A stretch of 64,000 nt of DNA, taken from NCBI GenBank assembly GCA_963665235.2, contig CAXXLX010000001.1, positions 992,001 through 1,056,000 on the forward strand. The letters run 5' to 3'. Source of the stretch: Candidatus Poribacteria bacterium (GTDB lineage: Bacteria; Poribacteria; WGA-4E; WGA-3G). A program made the translations under genes and the position numbers. Positions 51,598 through 61,879 of the stretch are shown here, one piece after another. The notes beneath the pieces were generated by a model. It was not told the origin of the DNA and did not search any database. It was given only the letters and a program-made list of their open reading frames with translations. Each line of letters begins with the position of its first letter. The stretch's first letter is position 1.

Positions 51598-52740
51598 ATG
51601 CCAGAAAATGCAAAGAAACCTTGGACGCAGAAAAACCCGATGGAGAAAATTAGCATGGCAACTGATAGACAGCTTGAAAAGAAATCGTTCCTATTATCAC
51701 GGCCCTACCTTTTTTATTTAGAGGTTTTTGTGCTCATCGGTTTTGTGGCACTCGCCGCGCTGCACATCCGGCGCGGCGGCGCACAACCTGAACCGCTATC
51801 CCAACAACCCGATAGCTTGCTTGCCGAGGCGGATGCACACTTTGACAAACAGGATTTGAGCCCCGCCTTACGTCTCTATTGGCAAGCATTGCAAGCATTC
51901 GTAGCCGAAAAGTCAGAAGCGAACGCACCTGCCCGATTGCACGCGAACCTCCGCATCGCAGAGATCTACTCACAGAGCAATTGGTTGAAAGATGCAAAAG
52001 CACGCCTAGAATATGCAGCACGTATCCAACCCGAACATGGAGCAGTTCGACTCCTACGCGGCAAACTGTTTCGCAATGAAGGGTTGCTAGAGGAAGCGAC
52101 CGAAGAATTTCTTGCAGTAGTAGAGAATAACCCCAACCACGCTGAAGCGCACTACCTACTCGGTGTACTCTACCAAGGAAACAGGCAGTTTAAACAGGCC
52201 GCTGCCAGATACCGAAGGGCAATTGAAAGCGACCCAAACCTCCAAAACGTAGCCTCCGAAAAAGCCCCTATCGGAATACTCGCCCGACTTCAATTATCCC
52301 GAACCTACAACAGAATGCTTCAGAGCTATATAACCGCGGACCGTGAGCTTACACCTGAAGACTTCAAAGAGATTGCGCGGCTTGAAACACAAGCAATTCT
52401 ACGCTTAGAGCAGGCACTTGAAAAATGGCCCACCCTTAGTGAAATCACCGATGACCTCATCCGCCTGCTCTATGTACGTGCCAAAGCACTTGAACGGGAA
52501 GGCGCAACCCGCCCCTACGCTGACGCACTTCAGGTCTATGAACGTATCGTGGAACTTGACCCAGAAGAGCTTGGAGCCTGGGAACGCATGGCAGAAATCT
52601 ATTACAGCTATCTGGGGAATAAACGGAAAGCCCTGGAAATATACCGGAAAGTCTATGAACTTTCACCCCACCCGAGTACCCTAGCGAACGTCAAATCGCT
52701 TGAAAGAGAGCTAGGAATCGACACAGAATCGACGGAATGA
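51598..52740 (+). CDS. Membrane-anchored TPR protein (start uncertain)
   Basis: One TM segment, then TPR motifs (PNHAEAHYLLGVLY). Confidence 0.75.
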   Translation: MPENAKKPWTQKNPMEKISMATDRQLEKKSFLLSRPYLFYLEVFVLIGFVALAALHIRRGGAQPEPLSQQPDSLLAEADAHFDKQDLSPALRLYWQALQAFVAEKSEANAPARLHANLRIAEIYSQSNWLKDAKARLEYAARIQPEHGAVRLLRGKLFRNEGLLEEATEEFLAVVENNPNHAEAHYLLGVLYQGNRQFKQAAARYRRAIESDPNLQNVASEKAPIGILARLQLSRTYNRMLQSYITADRELTPEDFKEIARLETQAILRLEQALEKWPTLSEITDDLIRLLYVRAKALEREGATRPYADALQVYERIVELDPEELGAWERMAEIYYSYLGNKRKALEIYRKVYELSPHPSTLANVKSLERELGIDTESTE

Positions 52741-52791
52741 TACGGAAACAGAATTCGGGGTGAAACCCCGCTCCCCAAAATGCCCCCGCAT

Positions 52792-53742
52792 TCATGACTG
52801 CTCTATGAGCACTTTAACAGGCTCGCCAAACGTTTCCTCCAAGCGCGTCTTTGTTATTGCTATTGCACTGGCAGCGTTATCAATTCCAATCCAACGACGG
52901 TTCAGTTGTTGAGCTGCATGTAGCGTTGTGCCACTTCCACAAAACGCATCTAACACAATATCCCCCTCTTGACTGGAGGCGGTTATGATTCGTTTCAAGA
53001 GCTTCAACGGTTTCTGTGTCGGATACCCCAAACGTTCCGTATTATTTCTAAAAAGGGGACGAATATCCTCATCCGGAATTAAGCCGGTATCAACCCACCA
53101 ATCGCGCATCTGGACGTATCTATATTTCTGAAGTTCGTCCCGTTTAACGCCTAAACGTTTCCCGCTCGGGGTATGCGGTTCAGGGAGTGTAGGGGTATAG
53201 CTTTTCTGCCGTTGCAGATTTATGTGTGTATCAGCGGCTGTTTTGCTAGATTTCGTATAGAGGTGGAGAATATCATGTTTTCGTGCGAAACCAACGTTGC
53301 GTTGTGGTGTCCCGCCAGTTTTATAACCCCAGACGATTTCGTTCTGATAATTTTGCTCACCAAAAATCGCGTCAAGTAACACTTTGAGATAGTGGCTGGT
53401 AGTTGGGTCACAGTGGAGATAGAAGCAGCCTGCCGGTTTTAAGACACGGTGCAGCTCCAATAAACGGCTCGCCATCATCGTGAGGTATGCCACTTTGTGG
53501 TCGTCTTCAAAGGTTTGACGAAACGCAGTTAGCAGCATGGCAACAGGTTTATGTCCATTCTGTAATTCGGTATAGGCCGCCTCTGTTTCCGAATTCCAAT
53601 GCCAAATATCTCTGAACGCGCCTTTGTAATCGATATGTGAATTGAAGGGCGGGTCTGCATAGAGCAGGTCCACACTTTCATCTCGAATATATTGTCTTAA
53701 AATGTGGAGGTTGTCCCCGTGGTAAAGCACGTGAGTCTGCAT
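52792..53742 (-). CDS. Site-specific N6A/N4C DNA methyltransferase (beta class, apparently orphan)
   Basis: DPPF, YPTQKP and DAFCGSGTT motifs. Confidence 0.9.
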   Translation of the reverse strand: MQTHVLYHGDNLHILRQYIRDESVDLLYADPPFNSHIDYKGAFRDIWHWNSETEAAYTELQNGHKPVAMLLTAFRQTFEDDHKVAYLTMMASRLLELHRVLKPAGCFYLHCDPTTSHYLKVLLDAIFGEQNYQNEIVWGYKTGGTPQRNVGFARKHDILHLYTKSSKTAADTHINLQRQKSYTPTLPEPHTPSGKRLGVKRDELQKYRYVQMRDWWVDTGLIPDEDIRPLFRNNTERLGYPTQKPLKLLKRIITASSQEGDIVLDAFCGSGTTLHAAQQLNRRWIGIDNAASAIAITKTRLEETFGEPVKVLIEQS

Positions 53743-53757
53743 CGGTTTGAATCATGT

Positions 53758-55526
53758 CCGATGATATTAACCTATCTATTTCCGTGGAATACTATGTATT
53801 TCACATCTTAGACGGTTTGCAAGTTGCTTATAGAAAGCAACCAGGGTTCATCTACCAAAGCACGCAGAAATATCCCGCGTGCGCCGTTCAAATCTCTGTC
53901 CATCGTCCGACCTGCGCCATCTTTGATAACTTTAGCACCGCCTAAGTTTTTGACAATCTCACCTGTCCACGACACGGTTTTTGATGTATACGCTTCACAA
54001 ACATCTACCACAAGACACCCCGTTTCTTTTGCTTTATGCTTAAGGAACTGTTTGAAACGGTAATGAGAGAGGGTCAGCATTTGGCGTGCGGTTTTCTTAT
54101 GGAGTTTGCGTCCACTTTTGCACGTCATTTGAGAAGTCTCAAAAGTGGGGAGTAAGATGATATCAAAGTTATCTACAAGCCAGCGTGCGACTTTCTTATG
54201 AAGTTCATCAATAAGATTGCGTATTTTGCGGCGAAGCCGTTTTGCTGCGTTTCGCATATTGCGGCGTTGTGGGCGTTTTGCTTTTGCAGCCCGGCTGAGT
54301 AGGTCGTCGAGATATGAACAAAGTCGTTGGATTTTATTGATAGCGTGGTGTCCAAGCCAGCCGAAGCCATCTTCACAAAAATAGGTGAGAAACGTTCTGA
54401 TACCGGGGTCAAGTGCGACAACACGCCCGCTTGGTTCTCGCTTTCGTATCGTCACACTATAACTGACACACAAATAGTAGTGTGTGCCATCTTTGACTAA
54501 GCGGGAGTCTTTGATATTTTCAGGGAGACGCTCACTGAGTCTAAGTTTTCCTAACTTTGTGTGATAGACACCCTTTTCAGATATGGCACCTTTGGGTATA
54601 AAGATAGACTGTTTATCGTTTTTCCGACTACGGAACTTCACGCATTGAAATGTGCTTCTCTGCTGATAGTCTATTTTCGCGTTCTGGACAGCTTGACAGG
54701 CATCCCGAATAGCAACTGACTTGACTTGATAAGGAACAGCCTTCGCCCAATCGGGTAAGTCGTCAAGGATACCTGTCTTAATCGCCATCCAGTTCGCTTT
54801 TGTCTCAGGCTGACGCAAATAGTCAATCGCTTTGTTATAGACAAAACGAGATGTGCCTATCCATTGACGCAGCGTCTCACGCTGTTCCGGTGTCGGATAG
54901 ACTCTTATCTTCTTTGATTTTGTTACGGTAACTTCGGAGTCCGCGCAGTCTGCAACTGAAGACAGGCAGGATTGCGAGAAGATTGGATGTGAGGTCTTCT
55001 TGTCGACTGTGTTCTGTTTGGTCAAAAACCACGAGTTCGCCAACGTTTTGTTCAATGAGGTATCGAATAAGGGCGATACTGAACCGGGCGAGACGAGCCC
55101 GATGGGCAATAACAACCTAGAGCTTATCACCTTGCATAAGCCGGTCCAATAAGGTTCTAACCCCTTTTCTTTTGAATTTGAGACCACTACCGATGTCTCT
55201 AATGATTTCTGCTTCGGGGTAGATACTTCGCATATACGCGACTTGTCGTTCAAGGGCATCTCTTTGGTTTGGGCTGGACACCCTGCAATAGCAAAGAGTG
55301 GTCCTTGGTTTTGATTTGCTTTTGATGGACCCATCAACATCATAGCGTCATGTCCGCCTCCTGTGCGGGTTGTCCCAATCTTTCCTTCATTTGCTAATCT
55401 CCTTAAGTGATTCGGGGTCCAATCCAGCATTTCCGATGCTGGACGGCGCGGATACATAAGTCATATATATTGTAACACAAATATATTGAAATGTCAAGAA
55501 AAATATAGATTTTATGCTACTGTTCC
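53758..55526 (-). mobile_element. IS607-family element, copy 2
   Basis: Same ends and gene content as copy 1; tnpA carries indels and a TAG. Confidence 0.9.
53808..55457 (-). CDS. tnpB: TnpB (IS607 / pro-Fanzor-like), in frame with the TnpA HTH segment
   Basis: N-terminal ASEMLDWTPNHLRRLANEGKI..RTGGGH matches the copy-1 TnpA HTH; ALDPG/CEAY/DRD intact. Confidence 0.88.
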   Translation of the reverse strand: MYPRRPASEMLDWTPNHLRRLANEGKIGTTRTGGGHDAMMLMGPSKANQNQGPLFAIAGCPAQTKEMPLNDKSRICEVSTPKQKSLETSVVVSNSKEKGLEPYWTGLCKVISSRLLLPIGLVSPGSVSPLFDTSLNKTLANSWFLTKQNTVDKKTSHPIFSQSCLSSVADCADSEVTVTKSKKIRVYPTPEQRETLRQWIGTSRFVYNKAIDYLRQPETKANWMAIKTGILDDLPDWAKAVPYQVKSVAIRDACQAVQNAKIDYQQRSTFQCVKFRSRKNDKQSIFIPKGAISEKGVYHTKLGKLRLSERLPENIKDSRLVKDGTHYYLCVSYSVTIRKREPSGRVVALDPGIRTFLTYFCEDGFGWLGHHAINKIQRLCSYLDDLLSRAAKAKRPQRRNMRNAAKRLRRKIRNLIDELHKKVARWLVDNFDIILLPTFETSQMTCKSGRKLHKKTARQMLTLSHYRFKQFLKHKAKETGCLVVDVCEAYTSKTVSWTGEIVKNLGGAKVIKDGAGRTMDRDLNGARGIFLRALVDEPWLLSISNLQTV

Positions 55527-55654
55527 GCAACCTCATAGTCGGCTATTGCAATTGTTAGAAGTGGATCGATACAAATAACAAGTTATGCGCCTCACTTTGT
55601 CACAACCCGCCTGCCAACAGCGGCGGCAGGCGAGCGGAGGCCATGATTCAAAAT

Positions 55655-55999
55655 CTTGAGTTGAGAATAAGCCGGATTCTGTATATGATGGTCATTCATC
55701 TGGGATTAATGTTTCCACTAACCTCAAGCGGTTACCTGGGAACGAGGCGGGCACGCCTTCGAATGTCCCCTATTTTACCTTGCTCCAGATGGGGTTTACC
55801 GAGCCCCATAAGTCACCTTATGGGCTGGTGCGCTTTTACCGCACCGTTTCACCTGTACAACGTTTTGAGGCGTTGTAGTCTACTCTCTGTTGCACTTTCC
55901 ATAGCGTCGCCGCTCCTGGGTGTTATCCAGCATCCTGCCCTGTGGAGTCCGGACTTTCCTCATCCCGTTTTCGGGACGCGACCATCTACTCAACTCAAG
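55655..55999 (-). ncRNA. rnpB: RNase P RNA (bacterial type A)
   Basis: GAGGAAAGTCCGGACTCC and ACAGAATCCGGCTTAT universal motifs; P1 CTTGAGTTGAG/CTCAACTCAAG; TTGCTA-18bp-TATAAT upstream. Confidence 0.95.
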
Positions 56000-56162
56000 T
56001 CTTTTTATTATACCATATATAGGTTCTTCCTAGCAATACCAATTTTTTGCGGACGCTTTGTGCACTACTTTAGTGGCTATTTGTGGGTGGCTCACCCCGT
56101 TTGCATGCGCGCCTACGAAGCGCGCCTACAAACGGGTAAAGGAGCCCAGGGATACTAAAAGT

Positions 56163-59100
56163 TTAAGAACAACCACTAGTTGCGCCGCAATTGGTGCATC
56201 GGTGGCAATTTCCGCTGCGCATCATAAGGGAACCGCACACGTGACACGGAGGAGCATCAGCGTGCAGGAGGAAAACCTGCTTCTCATGGGCTGCCCAGGA
56301 ATCGGTATCTCCGTTATTGCCGTGTCCAAATGGGTGGAGTGCTTCAGGGAGTGCCAGCTGTTCATCAAGTTTGAAAACATCGGCAGATTCATCAGAATCT
56401 AGAAACTCCTTACCGAGCCATCGGAAGACATAATCAATAATTGATTTCGCTCTCGGGATTTCCGGATTCTGTGTGAAACCTGACGGTTCGAATTGTACAT
56501 AGCTGAACTTATTGACCAGCGATTCCAAAGGCACACCGTATTGCAACGCGACGGAGGTAAGGATTGCGACCGAGTCCATGAGGCCCGATATCATAGAGCC
56601 CTCTTTGCTCATTCGGATGAAAACTTCCCCCGGGGGGCCATCTTCATAAAATCCGACGTGTATATACCCTTCATGTCCGGCGACGCTGAATTTGTGTCCG
56701 ATAGCTCTGCGTGTGTCAGCGAGACGTTTCCTGACGGGTCGTTCAGTCGGTGCGTCAACGACTTCAGCCGTTTCGTCCTGCGCCTCCTGCTGACTCTGCG
56801 TTGAGAGGGGCTGGCTGCCTTTGCTGCCATCCCGATAAATCGCAAGACATTTAACATCGCGGCGCCACGCCTCCACATACAGCGTTTTTATATCGTTCAC
56901 TGTCGCATCATGCGGGACGTTCACTGTCTTGGAGATAGCCCCAGAAATAAAGGGCTGCACGGAGGCCATCAATTTGAGGGGGCCCATGTGATTAATATAG
57001 CGCGTGCCATGTTTACCACATTGCACAGCACAATCAAAGATAGGGTAATGCTTCGAAGAGAGATGCGGTGCACCTTCAACGGTACCAGTACCACAGATGA
57101 TTTCTTCAGCCGTCGCAATTTCGTCCGGGTCAAAACCGATTGTCGTCAGGAGGTTAAAGTTAGGCGCTGCCGCTTTCTCGGCTGCTATGCCTAACCGCTC
57201 CAAGCATTCATCGCTGAGGAAACCGGGGGCGAATGCGAGAGTGAGGTCAAACGCGCTTGGCAACCTCTCCTCAACGCACGCGATGTCTTCGTCCGTGAAA
57301 CCCTTCGCTTTGAGAGCCTCCGGATTGATATACGGGGTACCTTCGAGCGTTCCGGTCCCAACGAGGTGTGTGACAATCGCCTCAATCTGTTGCGGCATGT
57401 AACCGAGTTTGCTCAGGGCATCGTGAACGCTTTGGTTAACAATCTTCATGTAACCGCCACCTGCCAACTTCTTGAATTTGACGAGTGCGAATTCCGGTTC
57501 AATTCCGGTTGTATCACAATCCATCAAGAGGGCGATTGTGCCTGTCGGTGCGATGACACTAATTTGGGAGTTCCGATAGCCCCACTGTTCACCGTTTTGA
57601 AGGCAGATATTCCAATCCTCATGTGCTGCATCTAGAAGGCTCGGCGGGCAAACAGTCGCATCAAGTTGGTATGCTGCTTCGCGGTGCATACGGATGACCG
57701 CTAACATCGAGTCTCGATTCTCCGCGTATCCTTCGAAAGGTCCGATACTTTTCGAAATTTCCGCACTAGTTCTGTAGCCGTGTCCACTCATAATCGCGGA
57801 GATAGCACCAGCATAAGCGCGCGCTTCAGGGCTGTCGTAAGGAATACCCAAGCGCATCAGCATTGCCCCTAAGTTCGCAAAACCGAGACCGAGAGGGCGA
57901 TATTGGTGAGAACGTTCCGCTATTTTTTCTGTCGGGTACGAAGAAAAATCAACGATGATTTCCATCGCAGTGATGAAAACGCGTACCGTTGCGCGGAACC
58001 CTTCAACGTCAAAACTGTTATCCGCATTTAGAAACTTTGTGAGGTTAATGCTGGCAAGGTTGCACGCGGAGTCGTCTAAAAAGAGGTATTCGCTGCACGG
58101 ATTACTTGCATTAATTCTGTCTGTCTCCTTACAGGTGTGCCATTTTTGAATAGTGTCGTCAAACTGGACCCCAGGGTCAGCACAAGCCCATGCAGCATAA
58201 GCGATTTTTTCCATGAGGGTTTTTGCTTCGTACTCGGCAGCGACTTTGCCACTTGTGCGATAGGTTGTCTTCCAGGATTCACCTTCTAGATAAGCCTCCA
58301 TGAAAGCATTCGGAATTCGGACAGAGTTATTGCTATTCTGACCACTGATAGTACTGTATGCTTCCCCGTTGAAGTCGGCGGGGTATCCGGCGGCGATAAG
58401 TGCTTTCGCCTTTTTTTCCTCCTTCAGTTTCCAGTCGATATAATCAACGATTTCTGGGTGGTCCATGTCGAGAATAACCATCTTCGCAGCGCGGCGCGTT
58501 GTACCACCGGACTTAATACTGCCTGCCCACCGGTCGAATCCTTCAAGGAAGGAGAGCACGCCGGAACTTTCACCACCGCTGGAGAGGTGTTCACCTTTGG
58601 CGCGCACCTTGCTGAAATTTGAACCGGTGCCACTTCCGTACTTAAAGAGACGCACCTCGGAGCGTTGCAGCTCAAGCATAGAGTCCAAAGAATCGTCAAC
58701 GCTCTGTATAAAACAGGCAGAATTCTGAGGGTGCTGATACGCATTAGTGGAAACCCCCACTTTTTGGGCATCCGTGTCCCAGAAGTAGTTGCCACCGCCA
58801 CCCTCAATGTCGTATTCATGCCATAGACCACAGTTAAACCAAACAGGGGAATTGAATGCACCACGCTGGGTGACAAGGATATGTGTCAATTCCATTTCAA
58901 ACGTTTCAGCGTCTTCAGGGGTAGCGAAATAGCCGCCGAATTCCTCACCGACGCGGCGGAGCGTACGGGCAACACGCGTCACCAATTGGCGGACGCTGTC
59001 CTCCGCATCAACCTCCGGAACCCCCGCTTTCCGGAAATATTTAGAGGCAGCAATATCGGTTGCCAGCTGTGTCCAAGCGGTCGGCACTTCAACTTGGTTC

Positions 59101-59282
59101 TGTTTAAAGATAACATCGCCCTTCTCGTTGTAGATAGCGGCATCACGGCGTTCCCACTCAAGCGATTCGTATGGGTGAACCCCCGGGGTCGTAAAGTAAC
59201 GGCTGAAGGCGAGCCCCATCCGGTTACCTGCTTCCGGATGTTTTCCCTCTTCACCAATTTCTTTGGGCGTATTAGAGGCCAT
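56163..59282 (-). CDS. nrdJ: Class II (B12-dependent) ribonucleotide reductase
   Basis: SACFI, GGTTRRAA, NPCSE, APTGT, C-terminal TSCPD-type and Cys-rich domain. Confidence 0.95.
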   Translation of the reverse strand: MASNTPKEIGEEGKHPEAGNRMGLAFSRYFTTPGVHPYESLEWERRDAAIYNEKGDVIFKQNQVEVPTAWTQLATDIAASKYFRKAGVPEVDAEDSVRQLVTRVARTLRRVGEEFGGYFATPEDAETFEMELTHILVTQRGAFNSPVWFNCGLWHEYDIEGGGGNYFWDTDAQKVGVSTNAYQHPQNSACFIQSVDDSLDSMLELQRSEVRLFKYGSGTGSNFSKVRAKGEHLSSGGESSGVLSFLEGFDRWAGSIKSGGTTRRAAKMVILDMDHPEIVDYIDWKLKEEKKAKALIAAGYPADFNGEAYSTISGQNSNNSVRIPNAFMEAYLEGESWKTTYRTSGKVAAEYEAKTLMEKIAYAAWACADPGVQFDDTIQKWHTCKETDRINASNPCSEYLFLDDSACNLASINLTKFLNADNSFDVEGFRATVRVFITAMEIIVDFSSYPTEKIAERSHQYRPLGLGFANLGAMLMRLGIPYDSPEARAYAGAISAIMSGHGYRTSAEISKSIGPFEGYAENRDSMLAVIRMHREAAYQLDATVCPPSLLDAAHEDWNICLQNGEQWGYRNSQISVIAPTGTIALLMDCDTTGIEPEFALVKFKKLAGGGYMKIVNQSVHDALSKLGYMPQQIEAIVTHLVGTGTLEGTPYINPEALKAKGFTDEDIACVEERLPSAFDLTLAFAPGFLSDECLERLGIAAEKAAAPNFNLLTTIGFDPDEIATAEEIICGTGTVEGAPHLSSKHYPIFDCAVQCGKHGTRYINHMGPLKLMASVQPFISGAISKTVNVPHDATVNDIKTLYVEAWRRDVKCLAIYRDGSKGSQPLSTQSQQEAQDETAEVVDAPTERPVRKRLADTRRAIGHKFSVAGHEGYIHVGFYEDGPPGEVFIRMSKEGSMISGLMDSVAILTSVALQYGVPLESLVNKFSYVQFEPSGFTQNPEIPRAKSIIDYVFRWLGKEFLDSDESADVFKLDEQLALPEALHPFGHGNNGDTDSWAAHEKQVFLLHADAPPCHVCGSLMMRSGNCHRCTNCGATSGCS

Positions 59283-59614
59283 ATTTCTCCTTCCTTATAT
59301 TAGGATAGGCTCAGGGCATCCCTTTCGGGGCACTAAGCGAATGAAGCGTTCTGTACACACACCTCTAGCGCATGTTTGGAACGGTTTTTGTTCTGTTGGC
59401 TTGCTTCGGAGGCACGCGCAACGTCCGGTTTTTGCCATCTAGAATCTCGCGATATGTGAAAAAAATATGATTCCTATTGCGTACAAAAGATGACATTTTT
59501 TTGAATTTATGCTATAGTAATATGATACTAGAAAACGCGAAATTTTGCAAGAAAAAAATACGATTTTTTATTTTTTCCGACAAAAATTTCCATCAGCGTA
59601 AACGAAGGATTTCA

Positions 59615-60976
59615 ATGAGAAAAACGCGGGGCGATTTGACCCAAGGGGGACTTCTGCAGCATCTGTTACGGCTTGCTGTCCCGATGACATGCGGCTACAT
59701 TCTCCAAGATGCATTTAATGTCGTAGATATGATTTTCGTCGGAAGGCTCGGGCCAGCTGCTATCGCCGCAGTCGGGGTGAGCGGGAATTTACTGAGGTTA
59801 ATCAGCGTTTTCTCACTCGGAATTTCAACCGGTGCTGGAATTATAGTGGCACAATACCTCGGCGCGCGGAACCATGCACAAGCAGCACACGTAGCGATGC
59901 AGGCAATTCTATTAGCAATCCTATTCGCTATCGGCATCGGCATTATCGGTTATCCGTTAGCAACACACGGTTTGCGGGCAGTGAGAATAGAAGACCCGGA
60001 GGTGCTACGGCTCGGTACAACCTATATGCATATTATTCTCGTCGGCATTAGCACAATGTTTTTGTCGATGACGCTCGGTGCTATCTTCCGTGCCGGGGGG
60101 GATGCCGTTACGCCGATGGTCGTCCTGATTTTCTCAACGGCGATTAACATTATCCTCGACCCGCTGCTGATTTTTGGAATAGGCATATTTCCGAAACTAG
60201 GCGTAGCCGGCTCAGCTTATGCAACGCTTATCGGGCGCGGTATAGGCGTAGTTGTACTGCTTTACATATCCTGGCGCGGACGCGCACCTATCTCCTTACG
60301 CTATGTTCAATACCGCATGGACCTCATAGAAATGCTTGACATTTTACGGTTAGGCGTTTATAGTTCTATGCAAGGATTTTGGCGGCATTTATCACGACTC
60401 GGTTTTTTATGGGTCATCGGACCGTATGGAAAGTACGCGGTCGCAGCCTATACAATTTGTATGCGCCTCCGGATAGTCGTGATGAACCCCGGCTTCGGAA
60501 TTGCCAACGCAGTCGCACCGTTAGTCGGTCAAAACTTGGGAGCAAACCAGCAGGGCCGCGCCGAAAAAGCAACCCGATTAGGCAACATATTAGGCACAAC
60601 GCTTATGGCAACGGTCGGCGCACTTTTTCTTATTTTTCCGCAGGTGTTCCTCCAGATTTTTACCGAAGACCAGCAGGTTATCAAAATCGGGACTGTCTAC
60701 CTTCAGTTTCTATCGCTCACATTCGGATTTATCGCCTTCTCGCTTGTGCTAGGCAAAGCACTCAACGGGGCCGGAGATACGTTCTCGCCCATGATTATTA
60801 CCCTAGCATCTCAGATGGGAATCGGCTTAGGGCTAGTGCTTCTGTTTTCACACATGATAGGACTTCAGGGGGTCTGGCTCGGCATCGCACTCTCAAACGT
60901 TGTGCAAGGTATCGCTATGTGGTTCTGGTATCGTACCGGAAAATGGAAAACAAAGAAGGTAATTAAAAATCGGTAG
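59615..60976 (+). CDS. MATE family efflux transporter
   Basis: VDMIFVGRLG..AIAAVG, NIILDPLLIFG and VGQNLGA motifs. Confidence 0.92.
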   Translation: MRKTRGDLTQGGLLQHLLRLAVPMTCGYILQDAFNVVDMIFVGRLGPAAIAAVGVSGNLLRLISVFSLGISTGAGIIVAQYLGARNHAQAAHVAMQAILLAILFAIGIGIIGYPLATHGLRAVRIEDPEVLRLGTTYMHIILVGISTMFLSMTLGAIFRAGGDAVTPMVVLIFSTAINIILDPLLIFGIGIFPKLGVAGSAYATLIGRGIGVVVLLYISWRGRAPISLRYVQYRMDLIEMLDILRLGVYSSMQGFWRHLSRLGFLWVIGPYGKYAVAAYTICMRLRIVVMNPGFGIANAVAPLVGQNLGANQQGRAEKATRLGNILGTTLMATVGALFLIFPQVFLQIFTEDQQVIKIGTVYLQFLSLTFGFIAFSLVLGKALNGAGDTFSPMIITLASQMGIGLGLVLLFSHMIGLQGVWLGIALSNVVQGIAMWFWYRTGKWKTKKVIKNR

Positions 60977-61034
60977 GTAGATGTACCTATCTGCTAAGGA
61001 CGCGCACACTTCATCGCGCAAAGGAGAATTTTAA

Positions 61035-61874
61035 ATGACATACAAAGGCTACGAAAACCCACAACTAATTATATCCGCAGCGGAACTGAAAGAGGCACTA
61101 TCAGACGAAACGTTCTGTATCGTCGACACACGGCCGACGTACGAATACATGCGTGGACATATCCCCGGCGCACTTCACCTCGACCTCTTCGGCTTGAGCC
61201 TCATCAACACCCGTAAGGAGACATTTGATGCATTTATGTGGATGATAGCTTACCTATTCCAACAACGGGGACTTGACCCAAGGAAACCAATCGTGTGGTA
61301 CGAGGACATTTCGGGAACCCGTGCCTCGCGCGGTTTCTGGTTCTGCGAATATTTGGGACACTCTGAAACACGGCTGCTGGATGGCGGGTTTAGAGCATGG
61401 TTAGCAGCAGAAGGGGCCATCAGCACGGATGGCGTTGAACCACCAGAGGTGCCGCAATTTCCGATAACAGCACAACACAATACACACATGGATGCTGATG
61501 TCATTCGTGTGCTGCTGAATCGCGAGGATTTTATCCCGCTGGATACACGCACGGCTGATGAACACTACGGTAAGGTGGCACGGGCCGAACGCGCAGGAGC
61601 TATCCCAGGGTCCATCCATGTGGAATGGCTCAATAACCTCGACGAGACAGGCGCGTTCAAACATGCAGATGCGCTCCGGGCGATGTACGACGCTGTCGGC
61701 ATCACACCAGAGAAACAGATAATGTGCTACTGACAAGGGGGATACCGCTCCTCCCAAACCTACGTGGCGTTACGGCTCTTGGGTCATCCAAAGGTAAGCA
61801 ACTACATAGGGTCTTGGAAAGAGTGGGGAGACCGGCTGGATTTGCCGGTCGAAATTCCTGAAGCAGAGGCATAG
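61035..61874 (+). CDS. Tandem-domain rhodanese/sulfurtransferase with in-frame TGA (probable selenocysteine)
   Basis: GHIPGA, LDGG..AW, GAIPGS; after TGA at 61731 the frame reads [15 protein letters not shown] to TAG at 61872-61874. Confidence 0.85.
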
Positions 61875-61879
61875 AGACA

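Noticed and set aside
55643-56158. 171-aa plus-strand ORF
   Set aside because: Antisense shadow of rnpB
56163-59282. Intein or intron in nrdJ
   Set aside because: Continuous ORF; no intein splice or homing-endonuclease motifs seen
59283-59480. Cobalamin riboswitch or NrdR boxes upstream of nrdJ
   Set aside because: Only a small GAAA-loop hairpin; no B12-box or convincing NrdR palindrome
61731-61733. Genome-wide TGA reassignment
   Set aside because: TGA terminates other genes normally (ATGA overlaps at 1684-1687 and 4700-4703)
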